From: a virus
Taxonomy: Duplodnaviria > Caudoviricetes
Direction: 5' to 3' (one strand)
Length of the DNA stretch: 64,000 nt
IMG/VR virus record: IMGVR_UViG_3300020577_004340
Span: 32,001 to 96,000 of that record
In this document: positions 58,502-64,000 of the stretch, in pieces
Layout: the number at the start of each line of letters is the position of its first letter
How positions within the stretch are numbered: position 1 is the first letter of the stretch
Program-made: the position numbers and the translations under genes
Notes under the pieces: generated by a model
Databases searched by the model: none
Told to the model about the DNA's origin: nothing
The model's input: the letters and a program-made list of their open reading frames with translations, nothing else

Positions 58502-60017
58502 TGTAAATGATTTGCAGCTAATACCATTCAATCCAGACAAGCCAACAATACTACTATTATCAGATGATTTAAATGCACCAAGTGGAATTGGTACAGCAGC
58601 AAAATCATTTGTATTTGGTACAGTAGATCGGTTTAATTGGATACAAGTAGCAGCAGCAATTAAACACCCAGATACGGGTAAAATATTAGACATATCAAGT
58701 GCAGTAGCTGAAGTTACTGGTGTTGAAGATGCCAATGTTAAATTATATCCTTATGATGGGTATGGCGACCAAAACTTAATTAGATACATATTACAGAACG
58801 AAAAAGTAGATGCAATCTTACATTTCACAGATCCTAGATTTTGGATTTGGTTGTACGATATGGAATATGAACTTCATACTACATTCAAGGTTCCGTTGAT
58901 GTATTATTCAATTTGGGATAACCTACCATATCCTTTTTGGAATTTTCCATATTATGCTTCATGTGATTTAATAATGGGTATTAGTAAGCAATCCCACATA
59001 ATTCATCAACAAGTATTGGCATATGGGAAGCGTGAAACACTTGATATCACAGATAAAACTGCTGATGATGTAGAAGTGTTTGAAGGTACACCACCAGTTC
59101 TGTTATCATATGTTCCACATGGAATAGACAGACAAGAATACAGACCAATTTTAGAAATTGGTGACAAAGATCCAGACTATGCAGAATTCATTAAATTCAA
59201 AAAAGAGTTCGCCGAAAAGAATTCAGCCAAGTTTGTCGTATTTTGGAATAATAGAAATATTGCAAGAAAAATGGGATCCACAGTGATTCTAGCATTTAAA
59301 GAATTTGTAGATAGTTTAGATCCAGCAGAAAGAAGTGGATGTGTACTGTTAATGCATACAGATCCAGTAGACCATAATGGAACTGATTTATATGCAGTAC
59401 ATGAAATGTTAGCACCAGAATGTCGAGTTATATTTTCAAGTAACAAGATTGATAAACGTGGAATGAACTTCTATTATAATCTAGCTGATGTTACTATCAA
59501 TATAGCTAACAATGAAGGATTTGGATTATCAAGTGCTGAATCTATAATGGCAGGTACAATGGTTATTAACAATGTGACTGGTGGATTGCAAGATCAAATG
59601 AGATTTGTGGAAGATGAATCTCCTGATACAGTCTTTAAACCAACATCTAAAATACCAAGTAACCATTGCGCTAATTGTTTAGGATGTGGTGATTGGGCAA
59701 TTCCAGTATTTCCAGAAAATAGATCATTAAATGGTTCAGTGGCAACTCCATATATTTTAGATGATCGGTGTGGGATATTGGATATAGCAGAAGCAATTTT
59801 AACAGCATATTCTATAGATCCAGAAGTTAGATATGCTAATGGATTGGCTGGTAGAGAATGGATGTTAAGCAATGAAAGTAAAATGTCAGCAACTGCAATG
59901 GCAGACGGAATTGCAAATGGTATACTAACTTGTTTGAAAACATTTAAACCAAAGAATAAATATTCATTGGAAAAGGTTGAGACTCGCAAAAAGTTAGATA
60001 CTGGTATCATATTTTAA
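58485..60017 (+). CDS. GT4-like glycosyltransferase (likely start 58485)
   Basis: LLLSDD...SG, HFTDPRFW, PHG, NNRN..RK, EGFGL...E. Confidence 0.85.
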   Translation: MQGTINVNDLQLIPFNPDKPTILLLSDDLNAPSGIGTAAKSFVFGTVDRFNWIQVAAAIKHPDTGKILDISSAVAEVTGVEDANVKLYPYDGYGDQNLIRYILQNEKVDAILHFTDPRFWIWLYDMEYELHTTFKVPLMYYSIWDNLPYPFWNFPYYASCDLIMGISKQSHIIHQQVLAYGKRETLDITDKTADDVEVFEGTPPVLLSYVPHGIDRQEYRPILEIGDKDPDYAEFIKFKKEFAEKNSAKFVVFWNNRNIARKMGSTVILAFKEFVDSLDPAERSGCVLLMHTDPVDHNGTDLYAVHEMLAPECRVIFSSNKIDKRGMNFYYNLADVTINIANNEGFGLSSAESIMAGTMVINNVTGGLQDQMRFVEDESPDTVFKPTSKIPSNHCANCLGCGDWAIPVFPENRSLNGSVATPYILDDRCGILDIAEAILTAYSIDPEVRYANGLAGREWMLSNESKMSATAMADGIANGILTCLKTFKPKNKYSLEKVETRKKLDTGIIF

Positions 60018-60036
60018 TCATTAAAACAAAACATAA

Positions 60037-61308
60037 ATGTATAGTATAGTATTTGCAGGACCAATTAATTCTAGGAGTGGGTATGGTGCTAGGTCATTAG
60101 ACATTGCCAGAACACTAATTAAAATGGGTCATAATGTTGGATTTATATTCACTTCATGGGGAGTATGCCCAAATAATGTATTGGATAGGAATAAGCCAGA
60201 TGATTTGGAAATATTGAATCGAGTTATTACAACTGGGTTAAATTATAAGCCATCAGTATTTTTACAATGTACAATTCCAAATGAATTTCAGCCAATTGGT
60301 GTATACAATATTGGAATAACCGCTGGTATTGAAACTGATACTTGTAGATTGGAATGGATTGAAGGTTGCAATAAAATGGATTTAGTTCTAGTATCAAGTA
60401 ACCATGCTAGAAATGTATTCAAGAATATCAAATTTGACAAGGTTGATAAGCAATCCAATCAAGTTATTGAACAGATATCATTGACAACTGAATGTGAAGT
60501 ATTGTTGGAAGGATGTGATGTAAATGTATATACACCTAAGAATACTGTCACTATCAACGACTTTGATAATCTACCAAAATTCAATTTTCTATGTGTAGGT
60601 CATTGGTTACAAGGTGACTTGGGTGCTGATCGTAAGGATATTGGTATGTTGATTCATACATTCCTACATACATTCATTCAGATTCATCCTAAGAATCAAC
60701 CAGGATTAGTATTGAAAATATCTGGTGCTGGATTTTCAATTACTGAAAAAGAAGCTATTCTAAATAAGATTGAAGCCATTAAAAAAATGGTTAGGGCAAA
60801 CAATACCAATTCCAATCCATTACCACCAATTTACTTGCTGTATGGAGATTTAACTGATATTGAAATGAATTCAGTGTATAATCATCCAAAAATTAAAGCA
60901 ATGGTATCTTTTACACATGGGGAAGGATTTGGTAGACCACTACTTGAATTTAAAACCACAAATAAACCGATTGTAGCATCTGCATGGAGTGGGCATATAG
61001 ATTTCCTTAATAAAGAAACATCTGTATTACTACCAGGACAGCTTCAACAAGTACCTAGAAGTGCTGTCAATGATTGGATTATTGCTGAATCTAGATGGTT
61101 TATTGTTAATTATAGTGTAGCGGCACAATTTTTATATGATATATACAGAAACTATCCAACATATTTGGAAAAGTGCAAAAAAAATAGTATGTTTGTGAAT
61201 AACAATTTTTCATTGAAAAAAATGGGGGAATCATTGAATACTTTTATAAAAGATAAAGTATTAGATGTTCCAATTGTTACTCAATTACAATTACCAATTA
61301 ATAATTAA
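60037..61308 (+). CDS. GT4-like glycosyltransferase
   Basis: SGYG, GHW...DRK, T.GEGFGRP.LE, WSGH.DF. Confidence 0.85.
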   Translation: MYSIVFAGPINSRSGYGARSLDIARTLIKMGHNVGFIFTSWGVCPNNVLDRNKPDDLEILNRVITTGLNYKPSVFLQCTIPNEFQPIGVYNIGITAGIETDTCRLEWIEGCNKMDLVLVSSNHARNVFKNIKFDKVDKQSNQVIEQISLTTECEVLLEGCDVNVYTPKNTVTINDFDNLPKFNFLCVGHWLQGDLGADRKDIGMLIHTFLHTFIQIHPKNQPGLVLKISGAGFSITEKEAILNKIEAIKKMVRANNTNSNPLPPIYLLYGDLTDIEMNSVYNHPKIKAMVSFTHGEGFGRPLLEFKTTNKPIVASAWSGHIDFLNKETSVLLPGQLQQVPRSAVNDWIIAESRWFIVNYSVAAQFLYDIYRNYPTYLEKCKKNSMFVNNNFSLKKMGESLNTFIKDKVLDVPIVTQLQLPINN

Positions 61309-61310
61309 AA

Positions 61311-61775
61311 ATGACAGGGTCAGACAGAAAATTTTTAACAACCATAAAAAACATTAAACTACAATTAGAAAATTTAGTGGATGATGTATCACCATCCACA
61401 CATAGTAAAACAGTAATTACTCTTGATTGTGGTGATAAGGTTTGTTTAACAAGTGGGTATATGAAACCTGTTGATACTCTCGACCCACTTATCCCAATTC
61501 CTGATTATATTAATAATACCAAAATCGTTGATTTGGATGGTAATTATTGGTATTACACTATTTTAACATTCAACGAATATTTATTGGAGCCCATTAATTT
61601 TGTTGACGGTAATCCGACGGCTTGGCAAATTTCAATGTTAACTCCAATTGATAATCCACTTGATGTTGCCGATGATGTTGAAACTATTTTGTTAGATAAT
61701 CAATGGCATAAAGTTAGTAAAGCGGAATTTTCAAAATTTGTTGATGCATTTATAGCATTTAAACTACTTAATTAA
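61311..61775 (+). CDS. hypothetical protein
   Basis: ORF in sugar-modification operon. Confidence 0.55.
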   Translation: MTGSDRKFLTTIKNIKLQLENLVDDVSPSTHSKTVITLDCGDKVCLTSGYMKPVDTLDPLIPIPDYINNTKIVDLDGNYWYYTILTFNEYLLEPINFVDGNPTAWQISMLTPIDNPLDVADDVETILLDNQWHKVSKAEFSKFVDAFIAFKLLN

Positions 61776-61776
61776 T

Positions 61777-62460
61777 ATGACAAAAATAACATATGCAATA
61801 ACAGCCTCTACTGAAATCAATGAATTAAAATTATTGTTGGATGTGTTGAGGACTAACATTGATTTCAGTACTGGAGAATATGAATTACTAATTCAATTGG
61901 ATTCAGATAATTACGATAAGTTTTTATATGATTATATAGTTGAATTGATAGATTCAAATAGTGAATTGGATATTACCTTAATAATGTATCCACTTAATAA
62001 TAATTTTGGAGAGTTTAAAAATAATTTAAGTAAACACTCTAATGGGGAATACATATTTCAAATTGATGCTGATGAATTATTGGGAGATAATTTATTAGAC
62101 CCAGTAATATTAAGAAGTATATTGGATTTAAATAATGTTGAATTCTATATGGTGCCTAGAATTAATATAGTTGTTGGCATAACAGATGAGTATGTTAAGA
62201 GTCAAGGATGGTCTTCCGAATTCAAAGGGTTTTCAGTGGAAGAAACATTACAACATAAAACTATTAATTATCCGGATTATCAAGGTAGAATTTATAAAAA
62301 TCTACCATCGATTAGTTGGGTTGGGAATGTGCATGAAAGGATTGTTGGTCCTAAGACGATGACATTTTTCCCACAACGAGAAGAATATTCATTAACACAT
62401 ATTAAATCATTTGAGAAACAAATTTCACAAAATAATTTATATAAAAATATACAGGGATGA
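61777..62460 (+). CDS. GT2-like glycosyltransferase
   Basis: YIFQIDADE, PR.N, PDYQ.R, W.G.VHE. Confidence 0.85.
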   Translation: MTKITYAITASTEINELKLLLDVLRTNIDFSTGEYELLIQLDSDNYDKFLYDYIVELIDSNSELDITLIMYPLNNNFGEFKNNLSKHSNGEYIFQIDADELLGDNLLDPVILRSILDLNNVEFYMVPRINIVVGITDEYVKSQGWSSEFKGFSVEETLQHKTINYPDYQGRIYKNLPSISWVGNVHERIVGPKTMTFFPQREEYSLTHIKSFEKQISQNNLYKNIQG

Positions 62461-63671
62461 GAAAGCAAATACCATTATTTAAAGTTTTCATGTCAGATGC
62501 AGCCATCAATTTATCAACTGAAACTCTATTGAGTGGGTGTGTTGGAGAAGGTCCAAAAGTTATTGAATTTGAAAATAAATTAAAAGATAGATTTACTCGG
62601 AATTCCAATGGTTATTACGATGTAATTACTTGTAATTCAGCAACGTCTGCTGAACATTTAATATATTATTATCTAAAACAGCCGAGAAAATTAATAAATT
62701 ACTTTCCATGGGGGAGTACGGAATTAAATTGGAAGGGTTTTGATGTAAATAAACACCATGTATTAACGACTCCGTTGACATGTACTGCTACAAATTTTCC
62801 AATCTTACTAAATGGGATGAAATTAAAATGGGTTGATGTAAATCCATTTACAATGAATATGGATTTGGGCGATTTGGAAAACAAAATAGATGAAAACACA
62901 CGAATCATTACTGTGGTTCATTGGGGTGGCTATCCAATCGATTTATATAAATTACATTCGATTGTAACAGCCGCCAAGAAACGATATGGTAATGATATAT
63001 TGATTATTGAAGATTGTGCCCATTCATTTGGTTCGACGTATGATGGTATCCCATTAGGATTCCATGGCAATATCGGTACATTTTCTACACAAGCTATAAA
63101 ACACTTAACCACAGTTGATGGGGGATTTATTTCATCTCCGTATAAAGATTTAACCGATAAATCAAAATTGTTAAGGTGGTATGGCATTGATAGAAATACA
63201 CCTAGAACTGATTTTCGTTGTGAACAAGACATTCCAGAGATTGGATTTAAATTCCACATGAATGATGTTAACGCATCAATAGGATTGGGTAATTTAAAAT
63301 ATATCGATGATTTGGTTAATACACACAAACAAAATGCTGATTATTACAGTACTTATATCGATAAAGCTGTATTGAAGGATGTAATTCAGTTTAAACATGA
63401 ATATCTTAATATTGAAATTGACCCGGCTTATTGGTTATATACAATCTTAGTGGAAGATAGGCCAAATTTTATGAAAAAAATGGAATCGGCTGGAATAATG
63501 ACTTCTCGAGTCCACGAAAGGAATGATAAACATTCATCATTAACTGAATTTAAGACTGAATTGCCATTATTAGAATCTTTTATTGATAATATGGTATGTA
63601 TTCCAGTTGGTTGGTGGGTTCAACCTGAAGACCGTGAATATATAATACAGACTATTAATTCAGGTTGGTAA
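62457..63671 (+). CDS. DegT/DnrJ/EryC1 PLP-dependent sugar aminotransferase
   Basis: G..V.EFE, NS.TSA, VHWGG, IEDCAH..G, FS.QA.K.LTT.DGG. Confidence 0.92.
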   Translation: MRKQIPLFKVFMSDAAINLSTETLLSGCVGEGPKVIEFENKLKDRFTRNSNGYYDVITCNSATSAEHLIYYYLKQPRKLINYFPWGSTELNWKGFDVNKHHVLTTPLTCTATNFPILLNGMKLKWVDVNPFTMNMDLGDLENKIDENTRIITVVHWGGYPIDLYKLHSIVTAAKKRYGNDILIIEDCAHSFGSTYDGIPLGFHGNIGTFSTQAIKHLTTVDGGFISSPYKDLTDKSKLLRWYGIDRNTPRTDFRCEQDIPEIGFKFHMNDVNASIGLGNLKYIDDLVNTHKQNADYYSTYIDKAVLKDVIQFKHEYLNIEIDPAYWLYTILVEDRPNFMKKMESAGIMTSRVHERNDKHSSLTEFKTELPLLESFIDNMVCIPVGWWVQPEDREYIIQTINSGW

Positions 63672-63737
63672 ATATGAATATGGATAAACATATTAGAATA
63701 GTTGAATCTGTTGATAGAGTAAAGGAATTTATAGAAT

Positions 63738-64000
63738 GGAGCGTAAAACCCATTGGTCAGCTTTGCTGCCGATGGGATGTAAGCGACTCCTTTACACTTA
63801 CATTTTAAATAATTTTGACATTTTGTCAGATTTGTATAAATTGGTATGGTTTTTGCAGTAATTAAAGTATGTATAAAGCATTTAAATATCGTCTGTATCC
63901 AACAGAGCCACAAAAAGAGCTTATTGCCAAACATATTGGTAGTAGCCGTTTTTTGTACAACCTTGCGTTGGAAACTAAAAACGCTGCATATATAAGTGCT
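63738..64000 (+). mobile_element. left end of an IS200/IS605-family TnpB element (exact boundary uncertain)
   Basis: GC-rich subterminal hairpin CCCATTGG...CCGATGGG (63749-63776) about 90 nt before tnpB; no tnpA in between. Confidence 0.7.
63869..64000 (+). CDS. tnpB: RNA-guided endonuclease TnpB, 3'-partial (not in ORF track)
   Basis: MYKAFKYRLYPTEPQKELIAKHIGSSRFLYNLAL, the typical OrfB_IS605 HTH N-terminus. Confidence 0.85.
   Translation, partial: MYKAFKYRLYPTEPQKELIAKHIGSSRFLYNLALETKNAAYISA

Noticed and set aside
63738-63868. IStron (group I intron plus TnpB) or tRNA at the window end
   Set aside because: Too short, with no P/Q/R/S elements or cloverleaf; fits an IS left-end hairpin
1-64000. 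Alternative genetic code (TAG or TGA recoding)
   Set aside because: Genes are full length under code 11, and TAG and TGA end conserved genes at expected positions

Overview
A 64-kb, very AT-rich segment of a large T4-like (Caudoviricetes, contractile-tailed) phage genome, with all supportable genes on the + strand and genetic code 11. The host is most likely Bacteroidota. Evidence for this: about 12 copies of the TTTG-N19-21-TAnnTT promoter, a bS21 gene, a T9SS-cargo-like protein and a DUF4494-like gene. Gene order: neck and head module (bS21, scaffold, gp23 capsid, free-standing endonuclease); tail and baseplate module (sheath, tube, tape measure, and a hub-like gene broken by a 26-bp duplication); replication and nucleotide module (ThyX, short PolA-like protein, SSB, RecA, flap nuclease, helicase, class II RNR, dUTPase); a 7-deazaguanine DNA-modification set (QueE, FolE, a T-fold LxxxHRHxF protein, a glycosyltransferase, a DpdA/TGT-like enzyme, and a QueD interrupted by a group I intron); PolB and the clamp loader, each fractured by a split intein; an Acb1-like 2H phosphoesterase; a sugar-modification cluster; and the left end of an IS200/IS605 TnpB element at the window edge. 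Strongest leads: (1) a deazaguanine-plus-glycosyltransferase DNA hypermodification locus, (2) two split inteins in one replisome, one cysteine-free with a decayed endonuclease scar, (3) bS21 combined with SD-led late genes and SD-less early genes, (4) a phage-encoded T9SS cargo-like protein. All assignments are from motif recognition by eye; no database searches were run.
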